Shown piece by piece: positions 29,216-38,260 of a stretch of DNA of 64,000 nt. The notes below the pieces were generated by a model. It was not told the origin of the DNA. It did no database searches and worked only from the letters and a program-made list of their open reading frames with translations. The DNA is from a virus. The position numbers and the translations under genes are program-made. Positions within the stretch are counted from its first letter, which is position 1. Each line of letters opens with the position of its first letter. The stretch covers positions 52,918 to 116,917 of the IMG/VR virus record IMGVR_UViG_3300028571_000830. One strand, 5' to 3'.

Positions 29216-29602
29216 ATGATTATATATAAATTTGCCTTATACACATTATTATTAAGTTATAATCCATGTGATGTATTCACTTATTATAATGTTACAGAAA
29301 TGCATGGATTAAATTTAAAAGATTGTCAAGCATATAATAATACATCTCAAGATGCTTATTTTGCTGGTTGGTCTAATTATATACCTAATTCTAAAGGGTA
29401 TAAAAAAGATGATGCAAAATTTGTATTTATTAATCTCAATAGATGTAATAGTGATGTTGAAACATTTGCTTTAGTAATGCACGAATTAATGCATCAATCA
29501 TTTGATATTCACAAGAATAAAATTAACAAAGAAGAAGAAATAATAACATGGGCAGAAAAAGAAGCACATTTAGTAATTAAAATAATAAATCTAAACAAAT
29601 GA
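29216..29602 (+). CDS. Putative zinc metallopeptidase (HExxH)
   Basis: VMHELMH followed by EEE; hydrophobic N-terminus. Confidence 0.55.
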   Translation: MIIYKFALYTLLLSYNPCDVFTYYNVTEMHGLNLKDCQAYNNTSQDAYFAGWSNYIPNSKGYKKDDAKFVFINLNRCNSDVETFALVMHELMHQSFDIHKNKINKEEEIITWAEKEAHLVIKIINLNK

Positions 29603-29919
29603 AAACAATAGAAATACAAATATTAGCACAAGATGTTAATAATGCAGGAAACTTTTTAGATAGTAATAATTGTATTTTAGCTACAGCTATTAAAAGACAA
29701 TTTAATGTAACAGCTGTTATTGAAGATATATTGTATTCATATATTATTAATGTTAGATATAATCATGATACATATGGTGTTAATCAATACGAAGAAGACA
29801 TCAGATTAGCAAGAGGTGTTCCTGATGATACATTAATTAGAACTATTAATTTACAACTATATAAGAAAGATGGCTGGATTAGAAAAGTAATTGATAAATT
29901 TAGGTCTTATTGGTACTAA
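29599..29919 (+). CDS. Hypothetical protein
   Basis: 106-aa ORF overlapping the previous stop. Confidence 0.55.
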   Translation: MKTIEIQILAQDVNNAGNFLDSNNCILATAIKRQFNVTAVIEDILYSYIINVRYNHDTYGVNQYEEDIRLARGVPDDTLIRTINLQLYKKDGWIRKVIDKFRSYWY

Positions 29920-30027
29920 TACACAAACCCACTGTATTAATTGTGATAAAATACACATAAAAGATAGTAAAGTTTGGTCAAAACATATCAGAACTAACAG
30001 AAATATTAAATCAAAAATCAAAACAAA

Positions 30028-30174
30028 ATGAAAAAACACAGAACTAAAACATTCTATCTACACTGTAAGACAGAGAGTAGATACCAATTGATTAAAGAAT
30101 ATTTAATGACTAAATACTCTGTATATACAGCAGTATTTGAGAATGGCTATGGTCATTTTAGAATAGTGTATTAA
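30028..30174 (+). CDS. 48-aa hypothetical protein
   Basis: MKKHRTKTFYLHCKTESRYQ...GYGHFRIVY*; A-rich leader. Confidence 0.4.
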   Translation: MKKHRTKTFYLHCKTESRYQLIKEYLMTKYSVYTAVFENGYGHFRIVY

Positions 30175-30347
30175 AGCATAGCCCAAATTTAACTGATTAT
30201 TAGGCTATAAACATTAGAATCAGTCCTTAGAGTGGTGGTTGATAGGAATATCATAAACTCTGTAATGCACCATTCTCATGTGGATATAAAGACTTCTTAG
30301 TACGATGTAGAGCAAGATAGTAGTTGCAGGCTAAGATGTGAAACCAC

Positions 30348-30545
30348 ACTGATTAAGTTTGAAAATAATACTACAGATTATGCATGTAGTTCTTAATCAG
30401 TCTCCCAAGGATGAGCAGTTGTAAAATGGAATAGCTGACCAGCTACGTGTGACAGCTCTGATATCTGACTCTTAACTGAGAGGATATTATTCAAGTGTCT
30501 ATTCACGCAATAACAAGTACTGGTACAACTTGAGTGCAGAGGGAA
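30348..30545 (+). ncRNA. Structured RNA motif, copy B (may extend 5' to about 30190)
   Basis: actgattaag/cttaatcagt stem, linker ctcccaaggatgagc, agttgta/tacaact stem, tail tgagtgcagagggaa. Confidence 0.6.
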
Positions 30546-30661
30546 AACATTAACCAATTAAACAAATGCATGCGTATTAACTATTCATGGTTTTTTTTAA
30601 TCAAACGTATGTGTTTGTTTTTTTGGTTATATTTACACACACAATTTAAACACAAAATATT

Positions 30662-30850
30662 ATGATTAATTTTTTATGGATGCTATATATAGCATTGATG
30701 TTGTTTGCTACAGTTTCGACAATTATTGATATTGTTGATGTAAGAGCATCTGATAATAAGTATATTTTTAATGATAAAGACTATTTTATACCTGGAATTG
30801 TTATCACTTGTCTATTATGGGCAAGTTTTATTGTTTATTATTTAAATTAA
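30662..30850 (+). CDS. Small membrane protein (2 predicted TM segments)
   Basis: Two hydrophobic stretches in 62 aa. Confidence 0.55.
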   Translation: MINFLWMLYIALMLFATVSTIIDIVDVRASDNKYIFNDKDYFIPGIVITCLLWASFIVYYLN

Positions 30851-30857
30851 AATCATT

Positions 30858-31079
30858 ATGAAAACATTATTATTGTTAGCAATATACATTGCTTCATTTG
30901 TTATTATTTTCTTTATTGTATCATTTCCTCCATGTATATTTGTTGGATCTTACAAAGCTGTTATTTATAATAGCACCTGGCAATTGATGTATTCATTCTT
31001 TATTGGATGGTGGATGGCATCATTTCCAGCAAGAGAGTATTATTTATTGCATAAAGAGTATTTTGATAAAATATTTTAA
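30858..31079 (+). CDS. Small membrane protein
   Basis: Hydrophobic 73-aa ORF. Confidence 0.55.
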   Translation: MKTLLLLAIYIASFVIIFFIVSFPPCIFVGSYKAVIYNSTWQLMYSFFIGWWMASFPAREYYLLHKEYFDKIF

Positions 31080-31239
31080 ATTAAATCATTATGAAAAGAT
31101 CAGCAGAACAAAATATTAAATTATTTTTAGCCATGATATTGTTCATGGCTATTCTATCAGTATTAGTTTAAAACAGAATAATAACATTAATAAGCAATGT
31201 GTATATAATAATGCACATTGCTTATTTTATTATATTAAT

Positions 31240-31446
31240 ATGATAACTAAAGAACAATTAGAATCAATTAATTTTAGAACCAAAGATGGAACATTATATC
31301 ATGATTATTATAGATTTGAGTTTGAATACAATATTAAATCACAGGATCTATATAGTTTTAATGATGTAAATGGAAAAACAAACTATCTTTGTCCTGTAAT
31401 AGACATTAATCAATTAAAGGAATTAACAGAATATTATATTAAATAA
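31240..31446 (+). CDS. Hypothetical protein
   Basis: 68-aa ORF. Confidence 0.5.
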   Translation: MITKEQLESINFRTKDGTLYHDYYRFEFEYNIKSQDLYSFNDVNGKTNYLCPVIDINQLKELTEYYIK

Positions 31447-31476
31447 AGTGGAGGGGAGTCAGTAACAAATTAAAAT

Positions 31477-31646
31477 AGTCAGGTGGCGGAATTGGTAGAC
31501 GCACACATTAACTCGCAAGGTTGATATTGTATGATAGACGTTAGCGGACATCATACAGGAGTGGCAAAACGCTGGTGGTACGATTGCAATCGTAAATGGA
31601 AGAGAAAACCACAAATGGCCTACAGGTTCGAATCCTGTCCTGACTA
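31477..31646 (+). ncRNA. 170-nt tRNA-like RNA (Leu-type D arm, no anticodon arm, about 120-nt internal domain)
   Basis: Acceptor AGTCAGG/CCTGACT plus A73; TG-GCGGAATTGGTAGACGC D arm; ACAGG-TTCGAAT-CCTGT T arm. Confidence 0.75.
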
Positions 31647-31668
31647 CAAATAAACTTAAATTTAAACT

Positions 31669-31869
31669 ATGAAAGCAAAAGAAAAATTAAAAAAGAAAGA
31701 CATTTGTTATTGTGATAAATGTTCATCTCCAATAGGGAGTAAACAAAAAATCTACAAAATTGAAAAATTGTATGCTGGAGAAATTGTTAATGTATTAGTT
31801 TGTAATGATTGTAGTAACGAACATCAAGCTCAATTAACATGGTCTATAAATGCTCAAACACAAATTTAA
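31669..31869 (+). CDS. Small Zn-ribbon protein
   Basis: CDKC...CNDC. Confidence 0.5.
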   Translation: MKAKEKLKKKDICYCDKCSSPIGSKQKIYKIEKLYAGEIVNVLVCNDCSNEHQAQLTWSINAQTQI

Positions 31870-31882
31870 AAAAAAAATAACT

Positions 31883-31990
31883 ATGAAAAAGATTATAACG
31901 AATGTATTAGGAGTTTGTTTAGGAATTTTAGCAATCAGTTTTATAATAATAGGTATAATTGATGCAATATTATATTTATTAGTCGATTGA
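31883..31990 (+). CDS. 35-aa single-TM peptide
   Basis: MKKIITNVLGVCLGILAISFIIIGIIDAILYLLVD*. Confidence 0.4.
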   Translation: MKKIITNVLGVCLGILAISFIIIGIIDAILYLLVD

Positions 31991-32015
31991 TATAAATTTA
32001 GTAACCAATTTTATA

Positions 32016-32408
32016 ATGTATAATTATGTATTTAGAAGCAGAATTAGTATGCGAATAGAAGTGTCAAATGGAGAGATAGTGGATAAGTACACTATCCTCC
32101 AAATTAAAGCTCTAATGATTAAAGATGAAGCTAAATTAATTAACATTAATAAAGAACTATATTATTTAACACCTATTGTAGAAGAATTAAAAATAGATGA
32201 CTCTAAAAGAAAAGCTTTAATGAAAGTGAATCTTTCTTTATGGATGGTGGAAAATGAAATTAGAGAATGTGAAGCTTCATCAAGATTTGATGATTATTTT
32301 GTTGCTCTTGCAATACAGGTGTATAAACTTAATGATGAACGTGCTGCAATTAAAAAACAAATTAACATTGAAACAAATTCAAACCTAATAGAAGAAAAAT
32401 CATATTAA
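32016..32408 (+). CDS. DUF6165-like protein (start probably MRIEVS)
   Basis: IEVSNGEIVDKYTILQIK...LWMVENEIR...LNDERAAIKKQIN...EEKSY. Confidence 0.65.
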   Translation: MYNYVFRSRISMRIEVSNGEIVDKYTILQIKALMIKDEAKLININKELYYLTPIVEELKIDDSKRKALMKVNLSLWMVENEIRECEASSRFDDYFVALAIQVYKLNDERAAIKKQINIETNSNLIEEKSY

Positions 32409-32409
32409 C

Positions 32410-32853
32410 ATGTATGTAGAAGCAGAATTAGTATTAAAGAGCTATAAGCCTCTTAAACTAGAAGAAGGAATGTTGTTTATTAATAAAATAGCAAGAACAG
32501 ATGCTGTTGAACTATTTATTCTTGAAGAACTTCCAGATGATGAAGAAAAGTTTGTAGTGACACATGGTTATCCTGTAGAACCATACATCATCCAGCATGA
32601 ATTATTAAATAATGTAGAAACACCTATTATTCTTGCTATACCAGAACAAATTGGTTGGTGGGATGATGGTGATGATGTAGATGAATTAAGAGAAATGTCT
32701 ATAGAAGAGATTAATAATGTTATTAGTCAATTCACTGGATTATTGGAAATATATCTGGAAGATGATGAAATAGGTGATCCACTATTAATAGAAGATAGAG
32801 TGATGCTTAGATATCTTACAGATGAAGAAGATTGGGAAGACAATGAAGACTAG
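32410..32853 (+). CDS. Hypothetical acidic protein
   Basis: 147-aa ORF. Confidence 0.6.
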   Translation: MYVEAELVLKSYKPLKLEEGMLFINKIARTDAVELFILEELPDDEEKFVVTHGYPVEPYIIQHELLNNVETPIILAIPEQIGWWDDGDDVDELREMSIEEINNVISQFTGLLEIYLEDDEIGDPLLIEDRVMLRYLTDEEDWEDNED

Positions 32854-32866
32854 TGTGTGATGTGAG

Positions 32867-32900
32867 AGGGAGATGTGCAGAAATGCCTCTCCCTTTTTTT
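32867..32900 (+). terminator. Rho-independent terminator
   Basis: agggaga...ctctccc followed by T7. Confidence 0.65.
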
Positions 32901-32939
32901 ATTATTAAACAAAGAAATCAAATTTTAAACAAAGAAATC

Positions 32940-33548
32940 ATGAAAGTGCAATTTAATCATGATCATGCCTTGGCTAAAGATGATACAAGATGGTATCTGT
33001 TAGAACAAATGGAAGATCTTCATAAGTATAAACCTAAACTACTCACACTACCAGCAAATAATTTTCTGTTTGAACACTTAGTATCCTCTAGATACCATAG
33101 TGCTTCAATAGATTGTGTAGAGTATAACAAGGCTGTTTATGAAAAAGCTAAAACTCATAAACTTAATAAATATAACTATGAGTACTTAGATGTATTTGAT
33201 AAAGCACATGCAAATCCAGGAGTGTATGATCTTATATGGATAGATTTATGTGGTAATCTATCTTTATCTAATATGAACAATCTTATTAGTGTTATACAAA
33301 ATACTTTAAAATCTCATTCTATACTAGCATTTACATTTACAGCTGGTAGAGAGTTTGGATTAAATAAGATAATGGAAGTTTATGGATGTAAAGAACCTAA
33401 AGAATTTAGATTTGAGTTCTTTCCTAATTTATTAGTTAGATTAGGTAAACTATCTCATCCCAAATTCAGACTAGACAATCTTATTAAGTATAAAAACAAT
33501 AAAAACAATTCTACACCAATGTGTATGTTCGTATTTAAAACCTATTAA
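32940..33548 (+). CDS. Putative class I SAM-dependent methyltransferase-fold protein
   Basis: Start reassigned to ATG 32940, after the terminator; IDCVEYN and YDLIWIDLCG resemble Rossmann methyltransferase strands. Confidence 0.45.
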   Translation: MKVQFNHDHALAKDDTRWYLLEQMEDLHKYKPKLLTLPANNFLFEHLVSSRYHSASIDCVEYNKAVYEKAKTHKLNKYNYEYLDVFDKAHANPGVYDLIWIDLCGNLSLSNMNNLISVIQNTLKSHSILAFTFTAGREFGLNKIMEVYGCKEPKEFRFEFFPNLLVRLGKLSHPKFRLDNLIKYKNNKNNSTPMCMFVFKTY

Positions 33549-33580
33549 TTAACTCAATTAAAAATTAAAACACAGAAATC

Positions 33581-34180
33581 ATGAAAAGCATTAAAGATCA
33601 AATTACAGAAAAAGAAAAAGAAAATTTAATTAAAGACATTAAATCTGGTAATTATACAATTAAGGATTTAGCTAATAAGTATAGATATCCTTCAAGTGCC
33701 AGTTTACATGGTTTAATTCACTGGTGGAAAAAACAAGGACTTTTGGATAAATCTGATGCATTAAAGAAGCTTGGTGATAAAAAGGAACATAAAGTTCATC
33801 TTTCTAAAGATCAAAAAATGGAATTGTATAAAGATCATACATCTAAAAAATATAGTAATATAGAGCTTGCAAAAATGTATGACCTTCCAGACAGTGGATC
33901 AGTTAGTGGTATATTAACTAGATTTAAAAAAAGTAGAAATTTTAGTACAATTTCAAGTGTTATTGATGTTCCTGTAAAAGTGTCTCGTCTTAAAGATTCA
34001 AATAATACTGTTTCTTCTCCTAAACCTAACATCCCTGTAAAAACTATTGTTACACCTAAAGGTGAGATATTAACAATCAGAACTATCAACTTCCCAGATG
34101 GATTCTCTATACAAATAGAGAAAGCATTTATTAGTGGAGTGTTGATTCATGAGAATGGTAATATCACAATCATTAAATAA
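33581..34180 (+). CDS. Protein with tandem HTH-like repeats
   Basis: YTIKDLANKY...SLHGLI and YSNIELAKMY...SVSGIL. Confidence 0.55.
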   Translation: MKSIKDQITEKEKENLIKDIKSGNYTIKDLANKYRYPSSASLHGLIHWWKKQGLLDKSDALKKLGDKKEHKVHLSKDQKMELYKDHTSKKYSNIELAKMYDLPDSGSVSGILTRFKKSRNFSTISSVIDVPVKVSRLKDSNNTVSSPKPNIPVKTIVTPKGEILTIRTINFPDGFSIQIEKAFISGVLIHENGNITIIK

Positions 34181-34194
34181 ATAATTTAAATAAT

Positions 34195-34228
34195 AAGGAG
34201 AGATGTGTGTAAATGTCTCTCCTTTTTT
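34195..34228 (+). terminator. Rho-independent terminator
   Basis: aaggagagat...gtctctcc followed by T6. Confidence 0.7.
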
Positions 34229-34241
34229 AATTTAATTAATT

Positions 34242-34755
34242 ATGCCTACAATAGAAATTCCAGATAAAATATGTCCTCATTGTGGTAGTACAAGATGGAG
34301 TGTTTATAAAAAAAAAAGACTGGAGATCAGAAAAATTATATAAAACTATTAACTATTATACTAATTATTCTTGTGCTAGTATATCTGATACAGGTTGTTC
34401 AAAGATAAGACGTAAAAAATATTATGTGGCTAATCCAAGAATTAAAGTTTCAGAAGAACATACTAAAAAAAGAGTAAATGAATATCACAAAAATAATAAA
34501 CACAAATGGATAAGTCAGTCAAAAGAAATTCATAGAGAAAGATTAAAACTTTATTATAACACTAATCCTAAATACAAAGAACGTATTCAAACTCATGAAA
34601 GAAAAGATAGACAATTACTTAATGACGCTTATGTTAAAAAAGTAATTATTGCTCATAATACAGGTTTAATATGTTCAGATATACCTCAAGAATTAATAGA
34701 ATTAAAAAGAAAACAATTATTATTAACTAGAATAATTAGAAACAATGGGAACTAA
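34242..34755 (+). pseudogene. Zn-ribbon basic protein apparently frameshifted at an A10 tract
   Basis: ATG 34242 gives MPTIEIPDKICPHCGSTRWSVYKKK; removing one A from 34308-34317 joins it to the 34282..34755 frame. Confidence 0.5.
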
Positions 34756-34978
34756 ACCAAAAACAAAGAAAGTGTTTGTAACAAATAATATTACAGATGT
34801 TTGTAGAGCAGTGCAAGATATTGGTGATACATTAAATGAAGTATTTTATCACACTGGAGATTTAAAGGTGGCTCAAGGAGCTGTTCAAGCTTATTCAGCA
34901 GCAATTAATGCTGCTAAAACTCAGCTCATCTATAAGAAACTCACTGGCACTCCTATAGAGATTGATTTCTTAAAATAA
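34745..34978 (+). CDS. Hypothetical protein
   Basis: 77-aa ORF. Confidence 0.55.
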   Translation: MGTKPKTKKVFVTNNITDVCRAVQDIGDTLNEVFYHTGDLKVAQGAVQAYSAAINAAKTQLIYKKLTGTPIEIDFLK

Positions 34979-35035
34979 TCAAATTTTAATTATATTTGTA
35001 TAAAGGGCTTCAATAGAGCTCTTTATACACTTTAT

Positions 35036-35140
35036 TGTAAGGTGGTGGAATCTGGCAGACACGCATACTTGTCTCGTATGTTTGTCCAGTTTATTTTTAA
35101 AAAAACTGGACAATTGGAGGTTCGAATCCTTCTCTTACAG
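35036..35140 (+). tRNA. tRNA-Asp(GUC) with an unusually long variable arm
   Basis: Acceptor TGTAAGG/TCTTACA plus G73; anticodon arm CATAC-TTGTCTC-GTATG; variable stem TTGTCCAGTTT/AAACTGGACAA; T arm GGAGG-TTCGAAT-CCTTC. Confidence 0.75.
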
Positions 35141-35156
35141 CTAAACATTTAAACAT

Positions 35157-35465
35157 ATGGAAGAAGAACAAGAACAAACAATTGATAGACTCATAGAGAT
35201 CGTTTGTGAGGTGTTGAAAGTGGACTATGATGATCTCATATCAATCAGTAAAAAACGAGAGCACACAGAGGCTAGAATGATTGTTACAGATCTAATATTA
35301 GATAGATTTAGTAGATATACATTGAAAAGAGTGGGAATAAGACTTGGAGGAAGAACTCATTCAACAATGTGTAACAACATGCGTAATTATAGAGATTTAT
35401 ATAAAGTGGATAAAGAGTTTAGAGGAAAAGTGTTAAACATAAAATATTATACAAATGGAATATAG
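35157..35465 (+). CDS. Stand-alone DnaA C-terminal (domain IV) HTH protein
   Basis: IVCEVLKV...DLISISKKREHTEARMI...TLKRVGIRLGGRTHSTM. Confidence 0.75.
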   Translation: MEEEQEQTIDRLIEIVCEVLKVDYDDLISISKKREHTEARMIVTDLILDRFSRYTLKRVGIRLGGRTHSTMCNNMRNYRDLYKVDKEFRGKVLNIKYYTNGI

Positions 35466-35784
35466 AGTGATGAATAGCAGCACAGAAGTGGCTGAGTTTA
35501 AAATTGTTGTTACAGAAAATGGAAAATACTGGACAAAATATGAATTAATACCTATAGGTGTAGAATGGAGTGATGAAATTAAAAATCATCCAATATTAAC
35601 AATAATTAATGATGGAAATGGTTATATTATTGATAAAATTGGTAAACATCTAAATTATCATAAAGCTGCTTATTTATTTATATTATTAAACTTTATGAAT
35701 AAACATGAAGCTGATGATGAATATGCTGGTGTGTTTGCAGGAAGAATAGAAAGAATTGAAATAGAAACAATTTTAAAAATGTAA
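35455..35784 (+). CDS. Hypothetical protein
   Basis: 109-aa ORF. Confidence 0.55.
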   Translation: MEYRVMNSSTEVAEFKIVVTENGKYWTKYELIPIGVEWSDEIKNHPILTIINDGNGYIIDKIGKHLNYHKAAYLFILLNFMNKHEADDEYAGVFAGRIERIEIETILKM

Positions 35785-35788
35785 AATT

Positions 35789-36031
35789 ATGAAAATATTT
35801 AAAAGAAGAAATCGTAACTATATTAATAATCCAATTGAGAAATGTGTAAGCTGTGGTGAAAACACTGCATACAGATTTAATGATGACGTTGATACACGTA
35901 CAAGTTATGTTGAAGGATGTGGTCAATTTTGTTATATGTGTTATACTAATAAAGAAATAATTAATTATTGTCCACCAATTAAAAAAAGAGATTGGACAAA
36001 TCGTTTATTAAATGTTTTACAAATTCGATAA
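35789..36031 (+). CDS. Small Zn-ribbon protein
   Basis: EKCVSCG...YVEGCGQFCYMCY. Confidence 0.55.
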   Translation: MKIFKRRNRNYINNPIEKCVSCGENTAYRFNDDVDTRTSYVEGCGQFCYMCYTNKEIINYCPPIKKRDWTNRLLNVLQIR

Positions 36032-36034
36032 ATT

Positions 36035-36469
36035 ATGAAAAAACTTATATTATCACTTCTCCTGTTATTAGTTATAGCAGGAGAACTAAAGAATGGTGTA
36101 GTGAAGATTATTCCTCAATATTATTTATTCTCAAAGGAAAATATGATAAGATTGATAACTGAATTAAATATTGCTCATCCAGATATAGTTATAGCACAAG
36201 CTATGATTGAATCAGGAAATTTCAAATCAAACATATTCAAAGAGAACCATAACTTATTTGGTATGAAAATGCCTAAATACAGAAAAACTACAGCTATGGG
36301 AACAAATAGAGGACATGCTGTATATTCATCCTGGAGACAATCTGTTATTGATTATGCATTATGGCAAGGAAAACGTGCTAAACATCAATCCAGTTCTCAA
36401 TATCTTAGTAGATTAAAATCTTATGCCACTGATCCTAATTACATTAATAAAATAAAACAAATATTATAA
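36035..36469 (+). CDS. GH73 glucosaminidase/FlgJ-like peptidoglycan hydrolase with N-terminal signal or TM segment
   Basis: AQAMIESG, HNLFGMK, YATDPNYINKI. Confidence 0.8.
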   Translation: MKKLILSLLLLLVIAGELKNGVVKIIPQYYLFSKENMIRLITELNIAHPDIVIAQAMIESGNFKSNIFKENHNLFGMKMPKYRKTTAMGTNRGHAVYSSWRQSVIDYALWQGKRAKHQSSSQYLSRLKSYATDPNYINKIKQIL

Positions 36470-36728
36470 GAAAAGAAATTAAACTATGAATTACAACGAC
36501 ATTACTTAATTGGGCATTTTGTTAGCTGCCGTTTTTCGTCAGCCTATAACTTGACAAATTGATTAAAAAAGTAAACCTATAAGTTGATAAAAAATGAAAC
36601 TATGGATTACAGCGATATTAATTAATTGGGCATATAAGATATGTCCTAATGGAGAATTTAAAACTTTATTTACTGTTTTCATATATAATAATATAATGAA
36701 GTTATAATTAAACAAAAAAATAAAAATT

Positions 36729-37088
36729 ATGAAAAACATTTTAGGAACAACAGAGAATTTAGAATTATTTGATAAAGCAGGTAAAAGAGTTTATGAGTTT
36801 TGCAAAGGAGTAAATGGGTATGTCTGTGAATGTACTTACGATTCAAATGGTAGGATATTAACCTTTAAAAATTCATATGGATATAGTCATGAATATACCT
36901 ATGATTCAAATGGGAATATATTAACCTACAAAGATTCAAAAGGATATAGCTATGAATATACTTACGATTTACGTGGGAATATATTAACCTTTAAAGATCA
37001 AAATGGAATAACACGAGGTGCTGACATTCCCGAATACACAATGGAGGAATTGGTAGAGAAGTTAGGAAACTTTAAGATTAAAAAATAG
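36729..37088 (+). CDS. Small YD-repeat-like protein
   Basis: Three YTYD(S/L)(N/R)G(R/N)ILT(F/Y)K repeats; C-terminal PEYTMEELVEKLGNFKIKK. Confidence 0.65.
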   Translation: MKNILGTTENLELFDKAGKRVYEFCKGVNGYVCECTYDSNGRILTFKNSYGYSHEYTYDSNGNILTYKDSKGYSYEYTYDLRGNILTFKDQNGITRGADIPEYTMEELVEKLGNFKIKK

Positions 37089-37095
37089 AAAAATT

Positions 37096-37314
37096 ATGAA
37101 ACAGACATCAGTAGAATGGTTAATAAATGAAATTGATATGCAATATCCTGAAATTAATGTAAGAAGAAAAGAATGGATGGTTGACCAAGCAAAAGAAATG
37201 GAAAAGCAACAGATTGTTGATGCTTTTGGTGTTGGTTGCCAAGTTGAATCAACAAGACTAATAGGATATCACAAAATGGCCGAACAATACTACAACGAAA
37301 CCTATGGAAAATAA
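37096..37314 (+). CDS. Hypothetical modular phage protein
   Basis: MKQTSVEWL...QAKEMEKQQIVDA...AEQYYNETY. Confidence 0.6.
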   Translation: MKQTSVEWLINEIDMQYPEINVRRKEWMVDQAKEMEKQQIVDAFGVGCQVESTRLIGYHKMAEQYYNETYGK

Positions 37315-37699
37315 ACACACACAACAAGTAGACCTCAGCAATCCAAATGCTGATAAAATAACTTCTACATCAACTACATCTATTAAACAAGAAACACTTG
37401 AAGAAACTGCTGAAAGATTATATCCTATATCTAAAGAAGGTTCAATGTGGATGCCATCGGCAGATGATTGCAATAAAGCAAATAAACAAGAAGGATTTAT
37501 AGAAGGTGCTAAATACCAAGCTGAAAGAATGTATAGTGAGGAAGATATGTTTACATTTTCTCAATGGATTTCTCATGAAGATTGGGTTTATTTACCAAGT
37601 AAAGATTATTGGGTAAATGAAGAACAAGAAGAATTAGAACAGAAATTAAGCTCAAAGGAAATATTGAACCTATGGTTTGAACAATTCAAAAAGAAATAA
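37304..37699 (+). CDS. Hypothetical modular phage protein (paralog of 42869..43480)
   Basis: KQETLEE...GAKYQAERMYSEE...WFEQFKKK. Confidence 0.6.
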   Translation: MENKHTQQVDLSNPNADKITSTSTTSIKQETLEETAERLYPISKEGSMWMPSADDCNKANKQEGFIEGAKYQAERMYSEEDMFTFSQWISHEDWVYLPSKDYWVNEEQEELEQKLSSKEILNLWFEQFKKK

Positions 37700-37702
37700 C
37701 TA

Positions 37703-38256
<554 letters not shown>

Positions 38257-38260
<4 letters not shown>

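Noticed and set aside
30255-30545. Twister, hatchet or twister-sister ribozyme (TAATGCAC...TCCCAAG...GTGCAGAGGG words)
   Set aside because: Could not build P4, the T2 pseudoknot or P1 in the required geometry, and copy A lacks these words; kept as an unclassified motif
31531-31653. 40-aa ORF MIDVSGHH...ESCPDYK inside the tRNA-like RNA
   Set aside because: No A-rich leader and it reads through the T arm; probably incidental, though not excluded
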